From Octopus sinensis (taxonomy: Eukaryota), in assembly GCF_006345805.1 (NCBI RefSeq), contig NW_021833115.1, forward strand, positions 30,696 through 94,695: DNA of 64,000 nt, given 5' to 3'. A program made the translations under genes and the position numbers. Below are positions 35,297-48,753 of the stretch, piece by piece. Under the pieces are notes generated by a model. That model did not search any database. It worked only from the letters and a program-made list of their open reading frames with translations, and was not told where the DNA came from. Within the stretch, counting starts at the first letter, position 1. Each line of letters begins with the position of its first letter.

Positions 35297-35909
35297 GTTG
35301 TTGTTGTTGTTGTTTCTCTTTTGTATCTGACGTGTGACTTGCTCTGCAGAAAAAAATAACATAACCGAATGAAATAACATTTCTTTTAAAATATTTCCTT
35401 CAAGTGCCCCTCAAGAATGTTTCTGTCAGAGAAAAAAAAATACGGTTATTGATTTTCAGCAGCTCTAAGCATTCTATATTTTTGTTTTTCTGTTTGCATT
35501 CTGCATAAAATAGCCACAACCAAAGACGCAACTCTCCACCAAAAATGTCAGTTGAATAACATAACAGCAAAGAAAGCAAATGAAGAAGTGACACAGCAAA
35601 GTTAAATGTCGTACGAAGGAGGGGAAAAAAAAACGATTTTTGGAAAGAAAACATAAAAAACATAAATATAAAAAAAGTATTCGTAACAATGTAGCGAACA
35701 ACAACAACAAAGCATACATACAAACGACATACAAACGCATTTGTCTTTGGCAAATGAATAAATCAAAAAATATATAAAGTAGTTATTTTTCATTTCTTTG
35801 TGCAGCTAACTAAAACTAAACATGAATATACTATACGAGAAGACATCTACTTGGCAAAATTCTGTAACCAAGAAAAATACGTCTTTGCCTGAGTTTTGTA
35901 TTTGAGAAG

Positions 35910-35955
<46 letters not shown>

Positions 35956-35988
35956 GAGACGGGGAAAGAGAAAGAGATTGAGAGACAC

Positions 35989-36064
<76 letters not shown>

Positions 36065-36084
36065 GCATACATATATATATATAT

Positions 36085-36385
36085 ATCACCGATCACCGTG
36101 ACCGACCAGGCTTTCAGATGTTGCCACACATCGCTGGTCACAATGCGCTTGGCATTGTTTTAGACTTCAAATGACGCCACCCCGCTGACTAGGCGAGCAG
36201 GCCAACAGAAGAAAGAGTGAGAGAAAGTTGTGGCGAAAAAGTACAGCAGGGATCGCAACCACCCCCGCCGGAGCCTCGTGGAGCTTTAGGTGTTTCCACT
36301 CAATAAACACTCACAACGCCCGGTTGTGAAACCTCGATCCTACAACCGCGAGTCCGCTACTCTAGCCACTGGGCCCATTGCGCCT
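36085..36385 (-). mobile_element. tRNA-derived SINE (GTGGAGGCGCAATGG head family)
   Basis: Matches 51775-52060(-); head shared with 61764 and 36917. Confidence 0.8.
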
Positions 36386-36418
36386 CCATATATATATATA
36401 TATATATATATATACGTA

Positions 36419-36493
<75 letters not shown>

Positions 36494-36507
36494 ATATCTA
36501 TATATAT

Positions 36508-36542
<35 letters not shown>

Positions 36543-36997
36543 TTATAACAAAAGTCACTAAATGTGTCTAGGGTGTTAGGAAACTCCTACATTGCTAGAA
36601 GTAAGAGCTAAACAGCTCTAATGCTGTAGTTAACGCACATGGATGAAGGCATATACACAAGCAGCATTAATTTTCCTTTTTGGTGAATCATTGCAAACTG
36701 CTGTTTATATTAATTCTATATATACACATTAATGAATCGTTAAATCATCCAATTATTTGGATGACGAAAACACAAGTACTAATATCGAAGCGGGTCCGAA
36801 GAGTCAACGGAAATTGCCGAAACTAACGCGTCAGTATAAAGAATTCTCGATCGATACTTATCGGACGATTATGGTCTCTGTCAGTGCATATGTTTTCATT
36901 TATGCACATTAACTACAGTGGAGGCGCAATGGCCCAGTGGCTAGGGCAGCGAACTCACGGTCGGAGAATCGCAGTTTTGATTGTCTTTTACTTTTAA

Positions 36998-37303
36998 CTA
37001 GCAGTATCGTCCGACGTTGCTCGGGTTTGTAAGGGAAATAACTATATATGCATTTTTAGAGAGTTACTTCCGTTATATAACCCGAGCAAAAATCATTAAA
37101 AATGCGGCAATATGATGGTAAATTTTTTTTAAATCGTAGACTCATCGTAGACGCGCCCTAATACCCTGAAGGGCTCGACATGAATGACGACTATAAGATA
37201 GCCGCTTTTGGTTAAACTGCACCGCAAAATGTGGGAGTAGTTAGGAATCTAAATCGGAGGAGACAGAGTCTCACACACACAACTTCAATTTTATATATAA
37301 AGA
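36998..37303 (-). mobile_element. Non-autonomous Helitron
   Basis: On the minus strand A|TC..., subterminal hairpin CCCGAGCAACGTCGG, ...CTAG|T, no TSD; homologous to 42903-43205. Confidence 0.85.
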
Positions 37304-38029
37304 TTACATTTTGGTTTTTCGAATGATCCTTTCATTTTCCTTACTTATCTCAGTCATGGTATATTTCTGTATATCTTATGTGTTAATGTATAAGAGAAAG
37401 CATTGAACATAACCGAACTGTCTTTTCTCTTTTGCTGTTACTGAATATCGAGAGCTTTGTACCGTTTTATAACGTTATTAATTCATGCTGTCTGTTACTA
37501 CCTTTTGAGTGATGCTTTGTTAGGTTTTAAACCGTTTCTCCTAGGTTTCTACAGCAGTTCCAATTGTGCAGATTTTCCTAAACAAAAGAAATGCCGTATA
37601 TATCCTCGTGTGTGTTTAGATGGCAACAAGCAATTAACGAACATTGTTTTGAGATTGTGGGTTACAAGCAGTTCTGTCTCGTTTATTGACTTAAGTTTCC
37701 TGAATTTTCCATTAAATTGTATGCTGTGGAAGATACAGTAAAATTCTTGAATTCCTTTCGTTCATCAGAGCTTTACATTCACAAGACAAAGCATACATAC
37801 ATAATAAATACATGCATACGTACATACAAATATACATTCGCATACACATATCCATCCCTCCATCAATCCATCCATATATACATATATATATGTATGTGTG
37901 TGTGTATGTGTATAGGTGTGTGTGTGTGTTCATGTAGAGAAAGAGCAATAGATATAAATGTAGTTATACATACATTTATCATTTAAATATATATGAATAT
38001 GTCACGATATGCAACTATACGCATGAGAA

Positions 38030-38625
38030 TACGTACATACATACATACATACATACATACATACATACATACATACATACATACATACACATATACATAC
38101 ATTCATACATACATACATACATACATACATACATGCATGCATGCATGCATGCATGCATACATACATACATACATACATACATACATACATACATACATTC
38201 ATACGTACGTACGTATGTGTGTGAGCGTATGCATGCATGTAGAGAGAGAGAGAGCGAGAGCGATAGATATAGATGTAGATATAATACATACAAATATATA
38301 TACATACAAAGATACATACATACATGCATGCATACATACATACATACACACATATACATACATACATACATACATACATATACACATACATACATACATG
38401 CATACATACATACATACACACATACATACGCACATACATACATACATACATGCATACATACATGCATACATACACACATGCACACATACATAGATACATA
38501 CATACGAACATACATACATGCATGCATGCATACATACATACATACATACATACATACATACATACATACATACATACATACATACATACACACACTCATA
38601 CATATACTCACATTCATGCATACAT
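38030..38625. repeat. (CATA)n compound microsatellite
   Basis: Direct reading. Confidence 0.97.
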
Positions 38626-38767
38626 GAATGCTCTGCTTTCATCTTTTATGGATTAACATAAAGCACTTGTCAAATGCTGGGCTTCTTGCTATTTACTAAT
38701 TTCCTCTAGTCAGATGTGTGCCTAAATCAGAAGCATCGACATCATCATCATCATCATCATCATCATG

Positions 38768-38809
<42 letters not shown>

Positions 38810-38869
38810 GTCATCATCATCATCATCAACATCATCATCAACCTCATCATCAACATTATTATTATTATT

Positions 38870-38993
38870 GAGAGAGCAGTGCATGCCATCAAAGTGACAC
38901 TGGGGTAAAATTTACGAAGCCCAGTATACCCATCATGACTACCTGTCTGATAAGGGTACACCAGGCACATGCATCACAACCACATGTGCGCGA
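38870..38993 (-). mobile_element. Element A, 3' ~120 bp only
   Basis: Reverse complement of the element A 3' end, (TTA)n flanks. Confidence 0.85.
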
Positions 38994-39013
38994 TTATATT
39001 ATTATTATTATTA

Positions 39014-39060
<47 letters not shown>

Positions 39061-39685
39061 TCTATGTTTGACTTTTGCTTTAGATTTGCACAAGCTGGCT
39101 CCAAGTCTCACCCAGAGACTCCAAGAGACAACAAGTTGGAAGTTCGTGTTGGTGTTATGCCTAGGGTTCCATATATTTGGTTTTGTACTCAGTGTTGTAC
39201 TAGTGAATGTCTAAAAAACCATACAAAATTTATAAGTTTGTTTTTTAACTTGAGCTTACATAGAAAGTATTTTGCGTAGGATATGAGCAGTTCCCATGAG
39301 CACTATCTTTTGAATTTCTGCCATTTTGGGGATTCCTGGTATCTGAGTTAGGTAGCAATCAGCCCCTTTTGCTATCGTTACCAAGGCACCTATGACAACA
39401 GGTATTGTTTTAGTCTTCAGGTTCCACATTTTGCAAATTTCTATTTCAAGATTTTTATTTTTGCTCAGTTTTTGGTAGGTCTTGACAGATACGTTTATAT
39501 CGATTGGGACAGTCATATCAATGAGGAGGCATGTTCTTTGTTTGAAGTCTTTCAATATGATGTCTGGCCTATTTGCATCTATCTTTCTGTCAGTTTGAAT
39601 GGTGAAGTTCCAGAGGAATGAGATGTGGTCATTTTCAAGCACTGGAGGTGGTTTGTGTTCCCACCAGTTTTTATCATGGGGCAAG

Positions 39686-39689
<4 letters not shown>
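39061..39689 (-). mobile_element. R4/Dong family 1 3' fragment (RLE + UTR)
   Basis: NWWEHKPPPVLENDHI..RPDIILKD, matching 32520-33169. Confidence 0.92.
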
Positions 39690-39776
<87 letters not shown>

Positions 39777-39787
39777 TATTATTATCA

Positions 39788-39839
<52 letters not shown>

Positions 39840-40362
39840 GTGAGAGAGCAGTTCATGCCATCAAAGTGACACTGGGGTAAAATATACGAAGCCCAATATA
39901 CCCATCATGACTACCCGTCTGATAAAGGTACACCAGGCACATGCATCACAACCATATGTGCGCGACATGGTGATCTCCTATCAAGATAAACACGCACATG
40001 ACCTGCAGGTGGGGCCCAGTTAGAATTTTCTTCAGGTGAGTAGCCCATCCCGCTCAAAAGGTCCCTGAATAAGGGTTGTTTAAGGATGTTGAAAGAACCA
40101 CCCATGTTTCCAGGGGTGAATTATTCAAACCCAAAGAATCCCTCTCAACACATGGCTATGATGCTCCCCCACTACTTCTGCTCGTGATCAGAGATGCACA
40201 TATCGTCAGCCACTAAGGGACATGCTCAACTGGTTAAGGTCAACAACTGACAAGCAAATCTGTGGTATTGAGCAGAGTATTTGCTGTAGCCCATCTTTTA
40301 TACCAAGACAAAACAATGTACATGATAACACTTCCAATCAGTAGTTAAGATCAGGAGCCATG
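39840..40362 (-). mobile_element. Element A, near full length
   Basis: Reverse complement match, (TTA)n flanks. Confidence 0.88.
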
Positions 40363-40372
40363 ATTATTATTA

Positions 40373-40404
<32 letters not shown>

Positions 40405-40446
40405 TATTATTATTATTATTATTGTTGTTGTTGTTGTGTTGTGTTG

Positions 40447-40481
<35 letters not shown>

Positions 40482-40483
<2 letters not shown>

Positions 40484-40642
40484 GTGCTGTTTATCTTGAT
40501 ATGAGATCATCATGTCGCGCACATATGGTTGTGATGCATGTGCCTAGTGTACCCTTATCAGAAGGGTAGTCATGATGGGTATATTGGGCTTCGTATATTT
40601 TACCTCAGTGTCACTTTAATGGCATTTACTGCTCTCTCACTC
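40482..40642 (+). mobile_element. Element A, 3' 160 bp
   Basis: Ends CTCTCTCACTC followed by (AAT)n. Confidence 0.85.
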
Positions 40643-40684
<42 letters not shown>

Positions 40685-41049
40685 GACAATAACAACGACA
40701 GCAGCAGCAGCAGCAACAACAACAACAATAATAATATTAATAAGATGATGATGATGATGATGATGATGACGATGGTAAAAGAGGAGGAATGGTAACGCTG
40801 GTATTATTGCAGATAGGAACAGTAATACTTTTGGTCATAAGATTAATCTTAATCTGAACGATGACACCGGAAGAAAGAAAGTACAAAAATAAATAAATAA
40901 ATAAATAAATAAATAAGAAAGAAAGAAAGAAAGAAAGAAAGAAATAAAGAAAGAAAGAAAGGAAGGAAGAAGAAATGGGAATTGTTGTAGGAGAAATTTT
41001 AGACATTGTGTTGTAAATCATAATAATTAATCTCGGTGAAAAAATAAGA

Positions 41050-41510
41050 AAATGGTGGTGATGATGGTGGTGGTGGTGGTGGTGGTGGTGGTGGTGGTAG
41101 TGGTGGTGTTAGTGGTGGTGATGGTTGTGGTAGTGGTGGTGGTGGTGGTGTTGGTGGTGGTGGTGGTGGTGGTGGTGGTGGTGGTGACGGTGGTGGTAGT
41201 GGTGCTGGTGGTGCTGGTGGTGGCAGCGGCGGTAAAAATGATGATGGTAATGATGGTGGTGGTGGTGGTAGTGGTGGTAGGGATGATGATGATGATGATG
41301 ATAATGATGATGATGACGATGATGATAATGACGGTGATGGTGGTGGTGGCGGCGGCGGTAAAAATGATGATGATAATGATGATGGTGGTAGTGGTGGTAA
41401 GGATGATATTGATGATGATAATAATGATGATGATGACGATGACGATAATGACGGTGGTGGTGGTGGGGGTGGTGATTGTAGTGATGATGATGAGGATGAT
41501 AATGGATGCT
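41050..41510. repeat. (GGT)/(GAT) compound microsatellite
   Basis: Direct reading. Confidence 0.96.
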
Positions 41511-41922
41511 ATGATTAATATTGTAGCTGGTGATAAAGATCGTATTATTAATAGTGGAAATGGAGATGTAATAACAGATAACAGGAGAAAAAAAGGGACA
41601 AAGAGGGCGACACAAAGTTCTCTTGGTGTATGGAGCCATCAATGTTGATAGTGTGATGACCATTAATTCGCCAGTTTCAGAAATCTACATCGTCTACGTG
41701 GAAGAGAGTCACAGCGAGAGAAAACAAAATAGAAAGGAGAAAAAAAAGGAAAATGAAGGCGTGGCTGTGTGGTAAGAAGCTTATTTCCCGACCGCATGGT
41801 TCTGAGTTCAGTCCCACTACGTGGTACCATTGGGCAAGTATCTTCTATTATAGCCTCGGGCCGAATGGTTTTGGTAGACGAAAACAGAAAGAAGCCCGTC
41901 GTATAATATAATATAATATATA

Positions 41923-41961
<39 letters not shown>

Positions 41962-42181
41962 GGAGTAAACACATAAAAGTGAAACAAGGTGGAAAAAAGA
42001 GTACTCAAATACCAGTGGTAGAGTAATATGCTTTATTCAAAGCAGCAGAAAATTCAACAAAACCTTTTACTCTGAGTTTCACGTTTCAGAGTAACAGGTT
42101 TTGTTGAATTTTCTGCTGCTTTTAAATAATGTGTGTGTGTGTGTGTGTGGTGCGTGTGTGCGTGTGTGTGTGTATGTGTGT

Positions 42182-42214
<33 letters not shown>

Positions 42215-42902
42215 GTTGTCCCCTCACTCCCGATCCACCGTTTGGCAACCGGTGTTGCTGTGTTTATGTTCCCGTAACTTAGCGGTTCGGTAGAAGAGAT
42301 CGATCGAATAAGTACCAGGTTTAGAAATTGATAAATTCGACCACAATTTCTTCAATCCAATGACTGAAACATGCAAAAGGTAAAAAAATAAAATAAAATA
42401 AAAGACCGGCGTGTTTATAATGAGAATTAAGTTCTTATATTAGTTTCACCTTGCGTAACGCAAAAGCAGAGAAAATTGAGTCAGGCCAGCAAGAAGTTAG
42501 AATGTTTACAGAGGGTTCTAAGTTGCTAAATACCCTCTTATCTTAGTGACAGAGGCACTAGCGAGCAGATGCAGTAGTCTAAGTATAGCAGAAAAAAGAA
42601 GCGAGGATAATGAGAAGTAAGCTAGATACAGAGTAGATAAGGTTGCTCTTGGTGTTTGTGACTATATGAGATTTAGCGAGGTGTATTTAGGATTGTTAAG
42701 AGGTTGCGAGATTATTTTCATTGAAAGTACCCGAGATTGCGTACAGAGAAACTTAGTGTTGACGTTATGGTAATTAAGATCTGCATGGTTACGAAAAGAG
42801 TACATATGATGGCTGTAGCAAATCTTAAATTAGTTGCTAGAGCATCGATACGTGTGTATGTGTATGTGAGCGTGTGTATATCTCTCTCTCTCGCTGTATA
42901 TA

Positions 42903-43205
42903 TCTATATATATAAAAGTGAGGTTGTGTGGTGTCTGTCTCCTACGATTTAGATTCCTAACTACTCCCACATTTTGCGGTGCAGTTTAACCAAAAGCGGC
43001 TATCTTATAGTCGTGATTTGTATCGAGCCCTTCTGGGTATTAGCGCGCGTCTACGATGAGTCTACGATTTAAAAAAAAATTAACCATAATTTTTCCGCAT
43101 TTTTAATGCATATTCGTTCGGTTGATATAAGGGAAGTAACTCTCTATAAATGCTTAAATAGTTATTTCCCTTACAAACCTGACCAACGCCGGGCGATACT
43201 GCTAG
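42903..43205 (+). mobile_element. Non-autonomous Helitron
   Basis: A|TCTATATATATAAAA ... CCTGACCAACGCCGGG hairpin ... CTAG|T. Confidence 0.87.
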
Positions 43206-43231
43206 TATGTATATATATATGTATATATATG

Positions 43232-43278
<47 letters not shown>

Positions 43279-43625
43279 GTGTGTGTGTGTGTGCGTGCGT
43301 TTGTGTGTGCTAATTTTAATTATATAATATCCAGTGTTATGTTCGAAGTACCGAAAACTTACAGAAAACACACCAAGGTTTGTAAGCTTGCAATCAGAAT
43401 TACTAACTCTGTCACGTTATTACTTGTATTATTATTTATCATGTTCAGTTTGGCCAGAACTGAGAGAAGGATGCTTTATGCTACATAAGGTGTGCTGAAG
43501 TAATAATGTTTTACAGTACACGATTACAGACATTATGGTAACTCTGTTGTAGAGAAGCGTGCTTGATCATTTGATTTGCTCGTTTGAATATGCCACATAA
43601 AAGGCATGACAACACTTTTATCGAT

Positions 43626-43781
43626 ACAGTTCTATATTTGAGAGATGAGGAATTATGTACATTATTTACATTATTTACATTTGACGGATGTTTGTCCTCA
43701 TCTTGGCGTAGTGGTCAAGAGCGCGGGGTTACTAACCCCAAGATTGTGAGTTCGGTTCCAGGCAGTGACCTGAATAGTACT

Positions 43782-43828
<47 letters not shown>

Positions 43829-43835
43829 TTACTAA

Positions 43836-43874
<39 letters not shown>

Positions 43875-44074
43875 CACTACTACTACTACTACTACTGATA
43901 ATAATAATAATAATAATAATAATAACATTGACATCGGAAAAATACCTTAGGAATGAGAACCCAGGTTCGAAATTCCCCCAGGGCACCTGATGAAGGCTGG
44001 GGAGTACGTCAGTCGAAACGTTGTGTTAACAACAAATAAGATGAGGACAAATATCCGTCAAATGTAAATAATAT
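43626..44074 (+). mobile_element. tRNA-headed, hammerhead-bearing element with Penelope-type inverted tail
   Basis: 12-bp TSD ACTTTTATCGAT (43614-43625, 44075-44086). 35-bp inverted repeat 43670-43704/44038-44072. A box TGGCGTAGTGG at 43704, B box GTTCGGTTCC near 43750. Confidence 0.75.
43982..44027 (+). ncRNA. Minimal type I hammerhead ribozyme
   Basis: Stem I GGCAC/GTGTT, CTGATGA (43987), stem II GGCTG/CAGTC, GAAA (44015), palindromic ACGT stem III, GUU cleavage triplet. Confidence 0.82.
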
Positions 44075-45398
44075 ACTTTTATCGATCATACCGTTTCTCA
44101 AAACGATCATTTTAGGCGGAAGGTTGGTTAACAATCACCAAAGCAATGTCGGTTCCAAATTTTGACCAGCAAGTTCGGGAGAGGGAGAAAGTCGATGAGA
44201 TATTCCTCGGTGCTTAACTTCTATTTATTTTATGGACATTGAGAGGGATGAAAGGCAAAGTCGACCTCGACGGAATTTGAGCTTAGAACGTAAAGACGGA
44301 CGAAATGCCGCTTAGCATTTTATCCGGAGTGTTAATGATTCTGCCAGTTCACCACATTAATCACACAAAAAAGAATAAAATAAAATATGAAAAATCTATC
44401 ATCATTCTTTCTCTTATTTTGTGAGCAAGGAGTTTGTCAATTATATCGACCCCAATAAATAACTGGTATTGATTTCAATCGATCCTGAAAGGACGAAAGG
44501 TAAAGCCAACCTATACATGTGTATGTATAGATGGGTGAAGGCAAACAAATCTTTTCATTTATGATGAGAATCTTGTTGACTATTAAAATACTTCCTTCGG
44601 AACTAGCATAAATGGAATTAAATTTTTGGAATGGACTGACAGGAGAGTAAGTTATCCTACTGGGAGAGTGATAACAATAGGTCATTTGAAGGGAGACAGT
44701 CACAAACATTAAAGATAAAAAGTACTTCTAGTCTATGTTCCGAGATAAAAAAAACAAAAAAAAACGATAGACAAATGTAAAATAGAATAAAAAGACAGAA
44801 TGTTAGGTTTGATCAATTTATATGTTTCTTTTGCTTGTTTTTCTGCTTGCTTTAACGAATTTTGGGTCTGTTTTGTTGTTTGGATTTTTATTTTTGCTCC
44901 TATTATATCTATCTATCTATCTATCTATCTATTTTTTTCTGTTTCTTTTGTTTTTTTGTTTTTTTGTTTTTTTCATCCCCCCAAAAGAAAAGCTCTACCT
45001 TGTAACTTGTCCCATCTGTGTGCAGCCCTGTGTGGCCAATAAAGAAACTTATTTATTTACCTATCTACTACCTACCTACCTACCTACCTACCTACCTATC
45101 TATCTGTCTAACTATCTATCTATCTATCTACCTACCTACCTACATACATACATACATACATACCTACATATCTACCTATCTACCTACCTACCTACCTACC
45201 TACCTATCTACCTACGTACCTACCTACCTACATACTTACCACCTACCTACCTACCTATCTACCTACCTACCTACCTACCTATCTATCTGTCTAACTATCT
45301 ATCTATCTATCTACCTACCTACCTACATACATACATACATACATACCTACATATCTACCTATCTACCTACCTACCTACCTACCTACCTACCTAAATAC

Positions 45399-45458
<60 letters not shown>

Positions 45459-45758
45459 ATTGGTATTTACAACTTGTATCACTTTGAGTCCATAAGCTAG
45501 TCGGTAGTAAAGAAAGAAAGCTCATTATATCACATTGTACCTTTTTATAAGTATAATTATAGAATTTTAAAATGTTAATAAATTTTTAATATGTCAATTG
45601 TATTTCTCTATTTCCTTTAATATTTGTATATTGAAATTATACCATTTTAAGTTCAGATTTTTTTTTACTATATTGTGGTATCTAACTCAAGAACTAGTGA
45701 AAATTGGCTGCTTTACATCCTTTGAAGGAAATGTTTTCTTTTTCCTTGGATTGCTTAA

Positions 45759-45793
<35 letters not shown>

Positions 45794-45813
<20 letters not shown>

Positions 45814-45972
45814 CGAGAGTTTACGAAAAAAACAAAAGACGAAGACAGGTGGTGTACAAAACAAACAGATGTATTAGTATAACGGTCAGGAATAGAAAAA
45901 GTCTTTTACGTTTCGAGCCTACGCTCTTCTACAGAAAGGGACACAGAAAAAACAAGGAGAGAAACAAGGAGA

Positions 45973-46003
<31 letters not shown>

Positions 46004-46061
46004 CATACATACGTACATACATACATACATACATACATACATACATACATACATACATACA

Positions 46062-46094
<33 letters not shown>

Positions 46095-46271
46095 TCTCTC
46101 TTTATTTTCTCTCCTTTTTTCTTTCTGTGTTCCTTTCTGTAGAAGAGCGTAGTCTCGAAACGTTAAGACTTTTTCACTTCCCGAGTGCTATACTAATACA
46201 TCTGTTTGTCGTCTACACCACCTGTCTTCGTCCTTTGTTTCCCCCCTATATACATATATACATATATATAC

Positions 46272-46320
<49 letters not shown>

Positions 46321-46460
46321 ATATAGGAGGGAAAACAAAAGATGAAGACAGTCGTCTACACCACCTGTCTTCGTCTTTTGTTCCCCCCTATATACATATA
46401 TATATATATATATATATAGGGGGGAAACAAAAGACGAAGCAGGTGGTGTAGACGACTTAA
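45794..46460. mobile_element. Penelope-type pLTR fragments in inverted arrangement within (TA)n
   Basis: 45794-45975(-) is the reverse complement of 46095-46245(+); further inverted fragments at 46325-46455; another copy at 52575-52730. Confidence 0.75.
45903..45938 (-). ncRNA. Variant minimal hammerhead (CUGUAGA core)
   Basis: CTTT-CTGTAGA-A-GAGC GTAG GCTC-GAAA-CGTA-AAAG; sister motifs at 46133-46168(+) and 52601-52636(+). Confidence 0.62.
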
Positions 46461-46511
46461 AGGTGTATATATATATAGACAGACTACTTACGTACATAAT
46501 TCATACATACA

Positions 46512-47699
46512 TATTGGATTAGAACAAAAGTCTCAACCGTTTTTTAAGTAAAAATCTAAAGTCATAGCTAAATAATTGTGCATACCTTTTCTTCAACTGC
46601 ATTCAGCTCACTTTGGTTAAATATGTTTCACCATCTTTGAGACAGCTTCATGATCCAGTCCGTTTAGAACTTAGCAGCTTTCTGGTTCGTGCGTTGATCT
46701 AATTTGTTTTTTACGCCCTTTCAAAGGTGTTCTCCTCATTAAGAATATTTTGAAGGAATGGAAATAAATGATAATCCGAAAGTGCAAGGTCCAACTGCGT
46801 ACAGAGGGTCTGGTAGGCCATTTTAGCCAAACTATCCTAATTTCTGCCGGTTCTGCAAGGAGATATGACGTCTAGCGCTGCTCCGCAGGAAGACGACATT
46901 CTTATGGTTGGCCATATCTGGACGTCTTTCATTAATTTCCTCATTTAATTGGTCTAATTCGGTGGACCTGAACTCGACATGATTTTGCGGAAGGAGATCG
47001 TAATACACAATACTTTTCCAATCCCAGTAGACATGGCACGTCATTTTCCTTGGATACTGGTCGTCTTTAGAAATAATTAAAGGTGATTCATTTCGTTTTC
47101 TCCAGGACCCTTTTTTGCATCGCATATTTGTGAACAATTCATTTTCATCCCCTGTGATCGTCGTTTCCTAAATGAGTCGCTTTTATTGCTTTCGAGTAGA
47201 ATATAGCAGGTGGAAATGCAATCCATCAAATTGTTTCCCATTAAATTATGAGGCACTCAAAATAGTAGTTATTCATGTGTTAAAGTGCCTTTAAGTGCCT
47301 TTAAGTGACTTATAATGCGCATATGAGATACGTGGAGTATCTCGGTGATGTCACGTGTCGTGTGCCCTGGTTTATATTTGATAAGCTTTTTGATTTTGAT
47401 AACCATCAACAGCTCTGTGACTGCCGGAACGTCCACAGTTTTCCAGATCAAAGTTTTCACTCTCAAACCTAGCAAACCACTTAAGAACAGTCCCCTCAGC
47501 TATGATACACTCTCTATAAGCTGCACATATAAATTTTACTATATCTACACCTTTTTTTTTACCTTCCTGGAAATTAAAGAGCACTAAATAACGAAAATGT
47601 TCTTAGTTTCTAACATTTTTACTTTAACTTAAAATCGGTACAAATAAACTATCCACACAGTAATCGTGCGGAAAGAAATGTTTAAAACCCCATCACTCA

Positions 47700-47745
<46 letters not shown>

Positions 47746-47843
47746 ATATCATATCATATCTTCTGTCAGGTAAAAAACGAAATCACAAGTTTAAAGGCCA
47801 CCACTTGAAAAAAAATGACACCTACTTATATTCTAACCCAATA
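46512..47843 (-). mobile_element. Decayed mariner transposon (~1.33 kb)
   Basis: Imperfect TIRs TATTGG(A/G)TTAGAA.A.AAGT. Fragments KWFARFESENFDLE..RSG, YWDWKSIVYYDLL and DLALSDYHLFHSF. Confidence 0.88.
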
Positions 47844-47864
47844 CAATACAGACACATTCACAGT

Positions 47865-47939
<75 letters not shown>

Positions 47940-47944
47940 CATAA

Positions 47945-48140
47945 CCGCGTGTGTACCGTTGGCGATTTTTTTCCCTCCGTCTTCTCTTCCTTGGATCTTT
48001 CCTTTTCCTATGTTTCTGACAAAGAGCTCCGCTCGAAACGTTAAACCCTCCTTCTTTCTTTCCTTTCCTGAGCGTCCAATAACACTATACTGTTCCACGT
48101 CCTCGCGTTGTTGTGTTTTCTCTTTGTGTTTTCATGTTTT
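47945..48140 (+). mobile_element. Penelope-type pLTR fragment with hammerhead-like motif (48012-48046)
   Basis: GTTT-CTGACAA-A-GAGC TCC GCTC-GAAA-CGTT-AAAC; flanked by (TA)n. Confidence 0.65.
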
Positions 48141-48144
48141 GGAT

Positions 48145-48209
<65 letters not shown>

Positions 48210-48753
48210 TATATTTGTGTGTGTGTGTGCGTGCTTGCATGTATATGAACAGTGAGAGAGAGGGAGAGGGAGAGCGGGAGGTAGACAGAGAAAGAAAAGG
48301 ACAAACATAGCCAATCAGCTTGAGAGACAGGTAATGACTATAACGAATCAGTCGTGCAAATAAGACAACAAATACATAATAATTATATTTAAAATGTTAT
48401 CCAGTTCTATTTCTAGATGCTTTCTTCTTTTCCGTTCTCCACCTGCTGTATGTTCAGAGCTTTTGGGATAATTGTTGTAAGTAATATGAAACAGTGATAC
48501 GAAATGTAAATTAAATTAACAGCTGTTCGTGTATTAAGTGAAAAATGACAGTTCATGTAATAAATAATGAAAATACAGCTGTTCATGTACAAAAGACTAT
48601 GAAGTATAAAAGATTTAAATTAGTCATAAGAAAATTTGAAATGACATTTATGAGAATAAAAAGCTTTATATTTGGATATTATTAATAGTAGGTCATTTTG
48701 AAAGCTGCACATTTAGAGCGGATATTTCGTAATGGTTAAAAGGACAATGTTTA

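Noticed and set aside
37993-38656. HTYI/MYVC repeat proteins
   Set aside because: (CATA)n microsatellite.
42400-42850. Possible ancient LINE RT remnant
   Set aside because: Multiple stops and no diagnostic motif found.
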